Assembly (NCBI RefSeq): GCF_009914755.1
Contig: NC_060936.1
Origin: the human T2T-CHM13v2.0 reference genome, Homo sapiens
Length of the DNA: 64,000 nt
Direction: 5' to 3' (one strand)
The position numbers were made by a program, and so were the translations under genes. Within the stretch, counting starts at the first letter, position 1, and each line of letters begins with the position of its first letter. The notes below the pieces were generated by a model, which was not told the DNA's origin, did no database searches, and saw nothing but the letters and a program-made list of their open reading frames with translations. Positions 1-13,138 of this stretch are shown here, piece by piece.

Positions 1-294
1 TCCATCATTGCTCTACTAATTTATATTCCCACCAACAATGTACAAGGGTTCTCTTTTCTCCACATTCTCACCAACATTTGTTATCTTTTGTCTTTTTGAT
101 AATAGCCATTCTAAATGGAGTAAGATGTGGTTTTTGCTTTGCATTTCCCTAGTGATTCACTTTGGGTTTGCTTTGCATTTCCCTACTGATTAATGATATT
201 GAGCATTTTTTCATATACTTTTTGGCCATTTGTAAGTCTTCTTTTGATAAATGTCTATTCTGGTCATTTGCCCATTTTAAAGTTGATTATTTGT
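1..294 (-). mobile_element. L1 (old L1M-type) ORF2 3' region fragment, extending beyond the window start
   Basis: Typical antisense L1 text: cccaccaacaatgtacaagggtt, gataatagccattct, tgcatttccct..gagcattttttcata, aaatgtctattc. Confidence 0.85.
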
Positions 295-610
295 CAACTC
301 AAAATGGATTAAAGACTTAAATATAAGACCTGAAACCACTAGAAGAAAACGCTGGAGAAACACGTCATGACATTGGACTGGGAAAGAATTTTTTGGATAT
401 GACTCCAAAAGCACAGGCAACAAAAGCAAAAATAGACACATGGGATTACATCAAACTAAAAGCCTTCTGCACAGCAAAGGAAACAACAGCAAAGGAGACA
501 TCTTAGAGAATGGGAGAAAATATTTGCAAGCTATACATCTGACAAGGATTAATATCCAGAATTTATAAGGGACCCAAACATTGCAATAGCAAAACAACAA
601 ATAATCCTAT
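295..610 (+). mobile_element. L1 ORF2 fragment inverted relative to the adjacent L1 piece
   Basis: Sense L1 text: caactcaaaatggattaaagacttaaat, aaagcacaggcaacaaaagcaaaaatagaca, ttctgcacagcaaaggaaac, gaatgggagaaaatatttgca. Confidence 0.85.
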
Positions 611-1044
611 TTTTATTACTTTTTAAGAGAAATTTCCTTGAGAACAAACACCTGTGAATGATACTAACCATCAACTATGGGATTAGAGAACGTAAGACTG
701 CAGAGAGTATTAAATTGAATATAATGGCTTACCTCTTACAGTAACAGATGCTTCCTAATTGTATATTTAATTAGGGAAGTGATGCATTACTGTATATTAG
801 TGAAAATTAAGCCCCAGGGCAAAATTCAGGGTTCGGGATGGGGTATGGGTAAGCCTAGGGAGGCAAAATTGAAGAGCAGAACCTCATCTGGCCAGAGCAA
901 ATCCTTCACTTCACCAAAAACTGTATGTCTTGGAATCTTTGAAGTGGGAGTTATTCATACCAACATAACAACAACAACAAACCCACTGAAAAGTCAAAGC
1001 AATATACTTATGGCTTTGTAAAATCCAGTCCTGTGGACACATTA

Positions 1045-1375
<331 letters not shown>

Positions 1376-1377
<2 letters not shown>

Positions 1378-2657
1378 CTTCCTCTCAAGCTTGGCAAGCT
1401 TGGCGTTTGGTCGATGGGGACCCATGGGGGTTCAACATGTGTATCAAGAAGTGTTATTTCTGTCTGGGGCCCATCCACCCTGGCCATGGCAAGATGTTCA
1501 TCCGCAATGATTGCAAGGTGTTCAGATTTTGTAAATCTAAATGTCATTAAAAACTTTAAAAAGAAGTGCGATCCTCACAAAGTTAGGTGGACCAAAGCAT
1601 TCTGGAAAGCAGCTGGTAAAGAGCTTACAGTGGATAATTCATTTGAATTTGAAAACCGTAGAAATGAACCTATCAAATACCAGTGAGAGCTATGGAATAA
1701 AACTACTGATGCAATGAAGAGAATTGAAGAGATCAAACAGAAACACGAAGCTTAATGAACAGATTGAAGAAAAATAAAGAGCTACAGAAAGTTCAGGATA
1801 TCAAAGAAGTCAAGCAAAACATCCATCTTATCCGAGCCCCTCTTGCAGGCAAAGGGAAGCAGTTGGAAGAGAAAATGGCACAGCAGCTACAAGAGGATGT
1901 GGACATGGAAGATGCTTCTTAAAAATCTCTGTAACCATTTCTTTTATGAACATTTGAAAATGCCCTTTGGAGACTTGAAACTGCTAAATTATTAGTTTAT
2001 TTTTTACATAAGGCCACTTAAATGAAAAATGATTAAAATATATTTTTCCTACCTTGCCATCTAATGGCACTAGGCAGCATTTGTATAATAACTAATGGCA
2101 AAAATTCATGGCTAGTGATGTATAAAATAAAATATTCTTTGCAGTAAAATATTCCCTTTATTAATGTTATAGAAGGGAGGATACAACAAGGAACTAACAA
2201 TTTGTATGACAGTGTCAAATATTATTTAGATTTTAGAATTTCCTGTTTTGCTTCATTTGCATCTTAGAAGAGCATAATGACATTGTTTGATGAAGCCTAA
2301 TTATGCTGGACTGTTTTGAGCTGGTTTAACCCTTCTGATAGGTAGTTGTGGATGTCGAGGATGAGAACTGAATAATCTTTGCCTGAAATCACACTACACT
2401 CTAGAATTTCCACTCTGGAGAATACTCAGTTCTAACTTGTGATTCCTGGTAGAACAAACTTTATTTTTCTAGCCTAGCAATGATCTAGAAGCAGAGGAAT
2501 CCCAGTGCCTTTTAAAAGTTATTATGTGGTTTTCTTTTAAAAAGCTCCTGTTTTTGGAAAGTAGAATTTCTGGGTACAACATCTGTTTATTATTTGCACA
2601 TAAAATAAGCCATTTAAAAAGTGAAAAAAACAAAACAAAACAAAACAAAAAACAAAA
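1376..2657 (+). pseudogene. RSL24D1: Processed pseudogene of RSL24D1 (ribosome biogenesis protein RLP24 / L24e-like); the symbol given is the parent gene
   Basis: ATG at 1437 gives [37 protein letters not shown], then shifted frames give [39 protein letters not shown] and ..[32 protein letters not shown] (TAA 1920-1922). It is intronless, with a +1 frameshift/stop at 1548, TGA at 1684, a small deletion near 1753, a 3'UTR-like stretch and a decayed A tail (CAAAA)n at about 2624-2657. Confidence 0.93.
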
Positions 2658-2689
2658 CCCAGGGCAATGAATGTTCCTGGCACATTGGA

Positions 2690-2930
2690 GAGGCAGTCCA
2701 GTCTCTGGATTCACAGTGTGGGTAGTGGAGTGGACTGCCTGGTTTCAAATCCTGGCTCTGCCACCTGCTGTCTGTGTGACCTTGGGCAAGTGACTTAACT
2801 TCTCTTGGACTTTGTTTTCCCATATGTAAAGTGGGAGCAATGGCAATACCTACTGTGTGGACTGAGTGAACTAATGCACATAATTCAGTTGTGCAGGGCA
2901 GGGTGTACAGCTCTCAACTGCTACCTGTTA
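2690..2930 (+). mobile_element. MIR
   Basis: ggtttcaaatcctggctctgccacc...gtgtgaccttgggcaagtgacttaacttctct...tgtaaagtggg core. Confidence 0.75.
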
Positions 2931-4224
2931 TTAGCCCTAATAAACTGATTTTAGGAGGGCATGAGTATATGTCATTTTTAAGATCGTCTATTATGATCCC
3001 TTAGGCTGATGGCAACTTGAAAGTGCCTCTATGGTAATACTTCTACCACTTTGGGGTAATTAAATGTTCACATGTTGGTTTCCTCCACTGGATTGTGAAC
3101 TCGGTGGATTTTAGTCATCTTTGTTAACAAAGTACATTTAAGGAAACATTGATCAGAATTGGGAACCACAGTGATTTACTTATTACTGGGAGAGACATTT
3201 TCATTTTGGCTAAAATGCATACTTTGAACAGAAAACATCTTTTTTTCAATTAAAAGAATAAACAGGTAACTCTTAATCTACAATACTTTGGCCTAATAAT
3301 ATTACCATGAATCAACTTTTTAGACCGTCTGTGTCCTAAAGTATTTTTCATGGGGAGTTTTGATTGAACTGGGACTTTTGGCTGAAATGCCACCATGCTG
3401 AGAACAGAGAAAACAGCAACTTGGGGTTCAAACTGAAAATTAGCTGCAAGTTGAGATCTACATCATTTATAGTTGGTGAAAGTTCTAATTCACAATAGAA
3501 TAGTTCCAGATAGCAGATCAACCCTATGCTTCTGGTTTTGAAAGATTCTGGTGAAATGTAGTGAATGCAACCTTAGCTACTTTATCAAGAACTGAGACTT
3601 ACTTAATCAAGATTGGAAATAAGGGTTTATGATAGTCCGAGAAGTAATGAAGTTTCTATTTTCATGTAAACTACATAAGCACCAAGAGCAGCAAACCAGA
3701 AAAATGCCCCCCAAAACAGAAGAATGGCTTCTAAATATATGTTTTTTTCTAAGTTTCATTTTAAGCAACAGACAAGGATTTAACTAAATTATTCTCTACT
3801 TAGGCTACTAAAATGGCTTTTCTATTGCTATCAGGATGTAATTTCAGATCCACTCAATTTCATGAAATTGACTGAGATTCAAATCATACATCTGGTATAT
3901 TTTAAATGATGCTGCATGCACTAGGCAATACTGATGCTGATTATCACACCGGAGTAGCTGGTCTCAGGTAATTTAGTTAAGAGTATTAAATCAGAGATGC
4001 CCAATTAATTTATTAGACATGTTCATGAATATTTCTAAAATTATTATGAGGCTTGATGAATGAAAACTTTCCCTTTTTCTTATTGTTCATTGGTGACACA
4101 AATTAGGCCAGATAAATATTTAGAATACAAGATTTCCAGAATTATAAAACCAGGGAGAACTCTAAAGTGTATCTAGTCTAATGTTCTCATTTTATATGTA
4201 AGAAAACAGAGGATCGGGGAAACA

Positions 4225-4425
4225 GGAGAATGTAGTGGTTAAAAGCCTGGGCTCTGGAGTCAGACAGACCCGAATTCCAGTCTCAGATTGGCAAGTTATT
4301 CCCTGTGTGACCTTGAGCAAGTTATTCAACCTCTGTAAGCCTCCATTTCTTCGTCTGTAAAATGGGGACAATAATTGTACTAGGGGACACTGTAAAGACT
4401 CAGTAAATGTTAGCAGCTATCATAT
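4225..4425 (+). mobile_element. MIR
   Basis: gtagtggttaaaagcctgggctctggagtcagacagacc...gtgaccttgagcaagttattcaacctctgtaagcctccatttcttcgtctgtaaaatgggga. Confidence 0.8.
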
Positions 4426-5075
4426 TATTTTTATGAATAACAGGTGACTCCTAAGGCAAATAACCAGCCACGGAACTAAAACTTAGAGTTTCTGATATAT
4501 ACAGAAGCTTGTTTTTTTATCTAAACTCAGTACCTAAGTTAAATATTCACTGGTACTGACAATTTAAGTACTGTCTAACTCTGCATTAAATAGAAGGATA
4601 ACTATTTCAGTCTTTTTTGCTGTTGAATTGATCAAAATATTAGTGATTACATATTGAAGTCTCAATTTCATGAAGATTCACACATATTTAGCTTTCCATA
4701 AACAATGGATATTTCATGTTTACCTTCATAGCTGTTTCAGTGTAATTATATGCTCTTAAATTATTTTCCACCAAAAGCTGCTCATATAAAATAAACAACA
4801 AGGTATATTGGCCATAAATAAAAGTTAGGATTGCACTTACTAATGACCTTAAATTTGACTTTAGTTAGATGCTATATTGAACAAGTCTGATATTCTCAAT
4901 TTGTGCAGTTACTCAGATACCAGCATAGCCTCTATACACCTGTTATGGAGGAAGCAAGAACAAGGGACACGTACAAAAGGAAAAGGTGGGTCTGCAATAC
5001 GAGTTAGAGTTGCTTTGGCTAAAATAGACTCCTAGGAATCAAGCAGCCACTAATCACAGATATTTGGAATTGCCA

Positions 5076-5371
5076 TTTTTTTTTTTTTTTGAGACAGAGT
5101 TCCACTTGTGTCACCCAGGCTGGAGTACAATGGTGAGATCTCAGCTCACTGCAAGCTCTGCCTTCAGGTTCAAGCGATTCTCCTGCCTCAGCCTCCCAAG
5201 TAGCTGGGATTACAGGTGCATGCCACCATGCCTGGCTAATTTTTGTATTTTTAGTAAGAGGGGTTTTGCCATGTTGGCCAGGCTGGTCTTGAACTCCTTG
5301 ACCTCAGGTGATCCACCCACCTTGACCTCCCAAAGTGCTGGGATTACAGACGTGAGCCACTGTGCCCGGCC
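5076..5371 (-). mobile_element. AluS, full length, with TSD TGGAATTGCCATTTTT
   Basis: T tract followed by reverse-complement Alu; flanking direct repeat at about 5065 and 5372. Confidence 0.96.
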
Positions 5372-5884
5372 TGGAATTGCCATTTTTAGTTAACATTTGC
5401 CCTTAAATAGTTCATTCCACTCAAAGTTGAATTTAAAAAAATAAAAAAAAAAAACTGAGTAAGAAATTGCATAAAGAATATTAGCTTTATATAATATGCT
5501 CTTAATACTTCTGCTTTTGATAATTTTAGTCAATTGGTGATGTTTTCAGTAAATATTCTCAGACTATTGAGTGCGTGCTTAAAACCTTTTGTTGTAATAA
5601 AGATCATTTTTCTAATCTCGAAAATGATACAATTAATTTTAAATCTTTAAAAATAATTAAGAACAAATATAGTACAAATATAGCAAATAGACATTAACTC
5701 AAACTATAGTGAGATAAGTTCAAGCATAAACATGCAGAAAGCAAGAGCACCTTTTTATGTAATACCAATGTGATTCAGCAGACCAACAGATGGAGAAAAT
5801 AGTAATTTGAAAGGTGGCAATTTGTATCCATACCCAGTATTTAGTATTTCAGCTACTAGAAATAAAGTAGTTTGGCAGACTTAC

Positions 5885-5956
5885 CCGCATTTTTGCACAA
5901 GCATCTTGGGTTGATTCTGTCCCCCTAAGCTCTTTTATCAGCATAGAACCTAAATA
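5885..5956 (-). CDS. ANKS1B: ANKS1B coding exon, PTB domain ([24 protein letters not shown])
   Basis: Acceptor ttttttttgtattttAG|TAT TTA GGT TCT and donor ATG CGG|GTAAGT. It is 72 nt and carries the PTB 'YLGS..v...rG' motif. Confidence 0.95.
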
Positions 5957-7471
5957 CTAAAATACAAAAAAAATTCAATGATTTATGAAATGGAATATAC
6001 ATATGAGTAATGTTTTAAAAACAAATTGTGGAAGTATTACTGGCTAGGTTTCCTGGCTGTAAGTTGTTGCATAACTTTAAAAAACTGACAGTAACTAATC
6101 CTAACAAATAAATGCATTCATAGAGAAAATGCAGCAGAATTAACCATAAGTTCTGGGGGCTGTAATTGCTCTTTATAATGAAACTGCAACATCTTCTAAA
6201 GATGCCATCTTTCAAATCATATTTAACTGCAAAATGGGGGCATCTAAAAATGTTTTCCCCTTTTTTGAGGCAGCAATGTCTGCAAAAATAAATCACACTA
6301 CTATCTCTGTAATTACAGGGTTGCATGAGACAGCTGAGAAGCTAAGCAACATGTCCCCCATTTAGGCTTATTCTGCTGCATAGGTAATTAATGTTAGGCT
6401 TTTAGGCAGAGATGCAGTTTTGGACCTTTTTCATTCACAGCTGTGTGCCCTATGGTTGATCCACCTGAGAACGGGATGGGAGGGTGGGGGGAGGGAGAGA
6501 GGCATTCTCAGTTGTTTCCCAGGGGAAGAGAGCTGGGTTCCTGGTGCGAAGTGCCACCTGGAGGGCTGAATGGAGCTAGAAGGATGACAGTCTCCCAAGA
6601 ATTGCCAACTACTTTGTTGTTAGAAGACCAGACCCCATACTGTATCATCCTGGTACAAAATGCCCCTCGTGCTCCAGCTTCTGGCTGGGGCCAAATGGTT
6701 TTAAACAAAATGTCTGATTTGCCTTTCTATCAATTGACTCCCCTTCAACCTTTTGAAGCTTTAGTAGGGTTTTTGCCTTTTGTCATTCCCCTGCCCCTTG
6801 CCCTCCCCCCACCAGCCCCCAAAGAGCTCTATATATGTTTTTTAAAAAAGTGAATTACAATAATTATTTTAGAAGATATCTGATGGACACTTCCTGACAA
6901 GACTGGAGACTTGTACTCTGCAGAGACGGGGATGGGAACCACTCTTGTGGACTAGGGAAGTGCCTGACTTGAAGAAGACGTGAGAGGGCACAACAGCAGA
7001 AGGCGTGGTCAGGGCCTTGGAGAAAGGCATGTTCAGAAAGGCTTGGGGACTTGGGGTTTGGAGGGAGGAGCCATTTCAATCCTATGGTTTTGGGCAGTAC
7101 CACTGAAATAAATCCAAAGCTGCAATATAAGTAAGCTTTAGTAAAAGAGGGGCAGAAAGCAGAAAATGAAAAAAAAAAAAAAAAAAAGCTCAACTGGTAT
7201 GAGATAACCACAATGTCCATCTAAATCAAATGAAGGTGAAATTTATTATCTTTTGGTAAAATCCTTATCTTTTAAGTTATCAGGGAAGTTTGCCTGATTG
7301 AAATGTTTCTTTTTAAGAGAGGCAGTTTCAATGCACTGCTGAAGGTTCAGCCACTTTTTCTGCTGTCGTCAAGACAACCACCACCTGACCCAAAACCTAC
7401 AGTATCTTTTGAACATTTACCAGTTCCTATTACATTTCTCAGCTAATTATAATTAATTCCCCTCTTCTAAA

Positions 7472-7520
7472 AAACTAAACAACTAAACTAAACTAAACCA
7501 AACTAAACTAAACAACTAAA
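7472..7520. repeat. (AACTA)n pentanucleotide microsatellite
   Basis: aaactaaacaactaaactaaactaaaccaaactaaactaaacaactaaaa. Confidence 0.8.
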
Positions 7521-7948
7521 ACAGAAAAATAGTATAATCCTATTGATGACAGTGAAAAGAATCTGGTATTTACATGAAGTGGCAGACCCAGTGTTTTGAG
7601 ACCCAGTGTTTGGTGAGTGAGCAGAGATTATATATATATATATGCCATATTTACACTCATTTCCATTTTAAGATTGTACGTTATAACATTTATTTAAAAA
7701 TATACAACTATATAAGAGGTCACAACAGACCTTAAACTTACAAGATTAAAACGGTTTTAAAGCTCTAGTTATTTGGACTTTCTCTTTGGATAGAAGGCTA
7801 CTTTAAGAAAAAGTGAAGAGAAAAACATTTTAAAAATTTCAGTGATGGATATGGATATTTTGGTATATTTTCAATGTAAATGCAAACAAGCTGAAAACAT
7901 ACCCCCTATCTCCACTTAGGCCCAAATACTGAATTGAGGGTAACTTAC

Positions 7949-8077
7949 AAAAGCTTTGTAATCACACGACTGGAAGATAAGCTTTTCTGGGTGATGCTGC
8001 CAGTACTGTACCGGGGTAGAGGCTGTGGCTTCATTCGGAGGTCGCAAGGTAATGGAAGGTTCTCCCCAGTCTCCTGT
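7949..8077 (-). CDS. ANKS1B: ANKS1B coding exon, end of linker and start of PTB domain ([43 protein letters not shown])
   Basis: Acceptor gtcattttCAG|ACA GGA GAC TGG and donor GCT TTT|GTAAGT. It is 129 nt, phase 0/0, and W.H.PE.L followed by Y...YLGS in the next exon is typical of the start of a PTB domain. Confidence 0.95.
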
Positions 8078-9545
8078 CTGAAAATGACATTTATTCTAGA
8101 GGCAATATGAGCAGTCAGCAAAGTTCATTCCCTGTAGCTACCCTGAGCTCACCTTACACACAGGTGCTGTGAATGTACCAAAATGCATTTGGGTGTCTTA
8201 TGTGAATATAAATACTTGGTTATTACATTTTTATATGTATTAGCATATCTCTCAAGGCTGAGTTAATTTTTGAGGTGTGGAGTTGAATTATTCTATTTTT
8301 AGAATGACATCCTAAGCTAAGTCACTTTAAAATAAAACATGAAGATATTCATAAATGATTTACTAATCACAATTTTCCATCACAACAGCAAAGGACACAC
8401 AATCTTTAAAAGAATTTTGTTTTTAAACTTGACTGAAATTTTTAGTTTGAATTGCTTTCACATTCAGAACACACAGTTCTATAAATTTCAGTTCCCAAAT
8501 ATGACATGTACTAGCCACTTTGAATAATTTTAGATCTCTGGAGAAATGGTAGTGTAAGCATGATGCTAAACAAAATTTAAAAGAAAAATTTACTAATGGG
8601 TGACACTAATTTCTCTCATCTGAATTCAATTGCACTGATTTAATGATGCTGTCTCAGATGGATTCAGCTACTTTTCTCAGAAAACCTAACGTACCAATGA
8701 AGACTAAACAGTGAAATGCCAAGTTTGGTCACATGTACATAGGCATGTACTTTGAGGATTCTGATTCACAAATACAAGCACATTCCCAAATGATGGTATA
8801 TCATATGATACAGACCTAAAACAGGAGGACCTCCCATCATTTCATTTATCATTTTCCATGAGGTTAGCCTCAACCTGTTTCATCAGTATAATAGCTTAAT
8901 GTGAGCATCTATAAAGTCAAAGGCCAGTGTTGGCAGGTATTTTCTGGGCTCTACTCTGATTTACATACTACACATGAGATATTTCTTACTCTTTCTCCTG
9001 GGAAAGATTTGGATTTTTCCAAAACTCAGTTCTTTGTTCTCAAGTGGACATAACTAAAACTAAATAGGCAGATTTCTAGAGTGACTCTCCTCTAACCTAG
9101 ATTTGGCTATATATAGAACTATGAGAAATTACTTTTCTCAGGAGTTGGAAGAGTGTAAAAAGGTCTCATAAACTCCAAAATCAAATAAAACCTTGGTTAG
9201 AGAACAAGTTCCACAGAAGTGCTAGAAAGTGTGTTGACACACTGTGGGATTTCTTAAGGAGAATTTTTAAGGAGTCTAGGACAAGAATGCAAAATTTTGG
9301 ATGCAGTTGTATGTTTTGGGAGAGAAAGGAAGTTCTCTGCTTTATTAAATTCTTTGAAAGAATCTAGAAACTCCAAAAGATTAAGAACCACAGTTCTCTA
9401 GGAATGGCGTACATAGGGTGCATATTTTGGGGAGGAGAACTAGCTCTCCAATTTTCTTTGCGCACTTTGGACTTACATTAGGTGACATATGAAGTAGCTG
9501 CCAATGATAAAAAGCCCTTTCTAGAGGACTTCAGTAATGCACAGG

Positions 9546-9578
<33 letters not shown>

Positions 9579-10632
9579 CAGTGGAGTGCCTGAAGCTTTT
9601 CTCCTTGAGATGGGTCACTTCGACTCGCAGAAGAGCAAAGTTAGCATCACGCTATTTCCTTGGCTTCTCACTGTAGTTAGTGTGTGACTAGTTGGAACTC
9701 CTTCGGCTTTTCTCTCCTGCTCTGTTCTCAGCCACTCTCCACATTAGTTTTGTTTTCGTTGCTGATTTACTTTTACATTGCTTAATCCTCCTATTCCCTG
9801 TCTGTTGGTATTTTTTATTTTTGTACACATTTATGGGGTATATGTGAAATTTTGTTACATGTATATTGTCTGTTGGTATTGTTAAGACTTTACTTGCAAT
9901 ATTAACTTTAGCATTTTTGTCTGTTTTATTATCCATCCCTGACTCATTCTTGAGTTTTTCTTTTATATTTATATGAATTTTTAGTTTGTAAAAGTGATAA
10001 CTGACTGCAATTCTAAAATTAGATTAAGTTTTTCTTTGGCTTCTTATTTTGATTTTTTTTCTTTTCCTTCTTTCTCAAATGGCTGGCTCTTTATTCTCTC
10101 TCTGGTCTTTATTTCATCTGGCTGTAACTTACTTTTGAAAAACTAGTATAAAATTCAAAATATAGGATACGTGGATTTCAATATCATTTTGAAGCTGAGT
10201 GTAATAACCTTTAAGTGATAATAGCTTAAAATTCTGGAAACATGCAGCTATGGGTTCTTAAACAAAAGCTTTACCCAAATCTATCAAATCATCCTCTAAT
10301 CTCCCCCATTAAACTTCTCCCTCCTTCTCCCGCTCCCTGGATAAAGCAACAACAACACGGCAAACAGGTATTGTACATTTAAGTCACAGGTAACACTGTT
10401 AACAAAACAACAGAAGTTTGCATGCAACTCCGTGGAATGATACAAAAGGAGGATCTGGATGGCTTCCAAAGATCCTTTGATCCAGTGTCTGCTGATGTGA
10501 CAACTCAAACCAAGCATCAGATCTTCATGTGAACCCTATTACAGTTCAGCAGAGGTAGACCTTGGCCAAGCTCAACAGGTAGTTTTCAAAAAAGTCTGAA
10601 CACGGCATGAGCTGGTGGTGCCATGAGTTGCA

Positions 10633-10739
10633 GGGCCAGGGCTGGGAACAGGGCTGGGGGTGGGAATGAGTTGGGGGAAGCTAGGGTTATGAAAACATTT
10701 CACGTGTTAGTACATTAAGCATGCAAATCATATGCAAAT
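10633..10739. promoter_or_regulatory. Candidate intronic enhancer motif cluster (G4 motif, CACGTG, two ATGCAAAT octamers with a CATATG between them)
   Basis: The motifs are directly visible in sequence I do not recognise as a repeat. Function is unproven. Confidence 0.3.
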
Positions 10740-12751
10740 TCATTCTCTAATTGTTCCATTAACTCACACACTTTTATAATTAAACTTTAATGTGAGTTCC
10801 ATACATTTAAAGCCAGAGCCACAGCCAAATGCTGATCCAAATATTTACGTCATCCACATAAGTTGTAGCAGCCATTGTGGGAATAACAAGCCCCAGCACA
10901 TACATTCCAATCTCGGTCTGGAAATCACTGAAATCCCTTATTTGATAACCACTGGAAGAAATTAGTGGAACATCCACTTAAATCTGTTTAGACAGCGCCA
11001 TCATCTGCTCTCCCATGACTCCACTTTGTCCAAAATCACAAACCACTTGCTTTGAATTCAGAGTGATCTGATAGGATTTTCCCTAGGTGCTAAGGTGGGA
11101 GATAATTACAAGGAAAAGAAATATAATACTTATTTCATTTTCTTTGTGGCCTTCAAATATTGCTTCAGTCCAAATATTGTCAAATTCCCTACAGGGACTG
11201 AATCTACCTTTCTGGAAAGAGACACTGAATTTTATCAGATTTAGTGCTATTTCCAGAAATTCATTTTTAAACAGAGGGAAAGGTGTTCTTAAGATTGAAT
11301 TTATTAGAAAATAAATTTCTTTTCTGCCTGGAAATTCATCAACTTCTCTCCCCACCCCTGCCTATTTTTTTTTTTTTTTAAACTTAGATCTAAAAGTATT
11401 TAGAAGACTCAATTTGTAGATGTTAATTCTTCTTTTTGGAATTAATTTAATGGGAATGGATGGACTCCAACAACTGGACTTAACATTACACTGTCGTAAA
11501 GGACAGGTATGACCTTGGCCCTTGGCTGGGATTCAGCTGTACCTGGTTGACTCCCAGTAAGAACAAAAGAGTTCAGAGAACAAGGGTGCCTTAGGTCTCA
11601 ACCCTCCTGGAGGCTGAATTACAGCAGGAATGAGCTATGGAGGAATTACGTAGAGTAGTTACTATATGGAATGGAAGAAGAGGTCAAAAAAGAAAGATTT
11701 TTGCCTCATACATAAAATCATTTTGAACTTTGAAGCCTAGTGTTAGGTCTTGTTGACTAGTACATTCATGTCTACATAATACTTGCATCTCCTCAGGCAA
11801 ATATTTTTAAATTTAGTAATTTTCCACTTAAAAATCCTTATTAAATATTAAATAACAGACCTAAGAAGTCTTTTGCCACAATAATGGTTTATAATCAAAG
11901 CTTATTTTTAATGAAAAGCACACCTAAACACAGCTAACAACGCAATATTTCATTAGAATAGCAAAATGAAGTAGGAAAAGTTTAGGGTAGAATTCTGTCA
12001 TATTTTAAATTATTATTGACACAGTGGTCTTTGAAAGGATTCCTTAAGTAATCACAAATGAGAAATCAAAATGATTCAAGGTACTCCTAATAAATGTCTT
12101 CAGGCTATCTCTTTGGCACTTAAAATATTTACAGAAAATCTTTCCTTTAGGTTCATGTATTTGAAAGATCTTCATATTCCAAGAATTTTGTCATGGCTTA
12201 AAACTTCATTTATTTGGTATTTATTATTATTTTTTATATGTATGCTTAAGGCCTTTTTTTTTTTATTAAGCACACTAAAGAACATCAATTAAACAGAGGA
12301 AAATGTACATCATTAGCTCTCTTCTTCAAACTCAAATAAAAACTAAACTTCTAACATAAAGGAAAAACACTTTGACATTAGAATTTTAAATGGAGAATTG
12401 ATTCTGTGTAACACATGTTTGCAACTGCCAACTATAAATCTGTAGTCTGGGTGAGTCTGAAGGACTATAATTGGGCCACATCTAATATAATGTAATTAAA
12501 TTAAACATTCTCTTATACCAACAACTGAAAAATACAAAAGCATCAATGGGATTTAGTTAAAAAACAAAAAGCTTCACAAAATACAGAGATTTTTACTGGA
12601 TGGCAGATTCCAAATTGCAGCTTTTAAACTTTGCATTATTTCAACAGGTGGTAAATAGCTGCAAATTTTTAGTTCACATGCACTGGACACCTACAGCAAA
12701 TTCTAAAACAAATTGTATCAGGTAGCTGTCTCCCTCCAAAAGGGAAACTGA

Positions 12752-13138
<387 letters not shown>

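Noticed and set aside
733-754. Possible 22-nt minus-strand microexon (ttAG|GAAGCATCTGTTACTGTAAGAG|GTAAGC)
   Set aside because: The donor is good, but the acceptor has no polypyrimidine tract (aaatatacaattag), the exon would shift the frame, and it matches no ANKS1B peptide I recall.
6443-6853. 136-aa plus-strand ORF
   Set aside because: Non-ATG start, no recognisable domain, antisense within an intron; consistent with chance.
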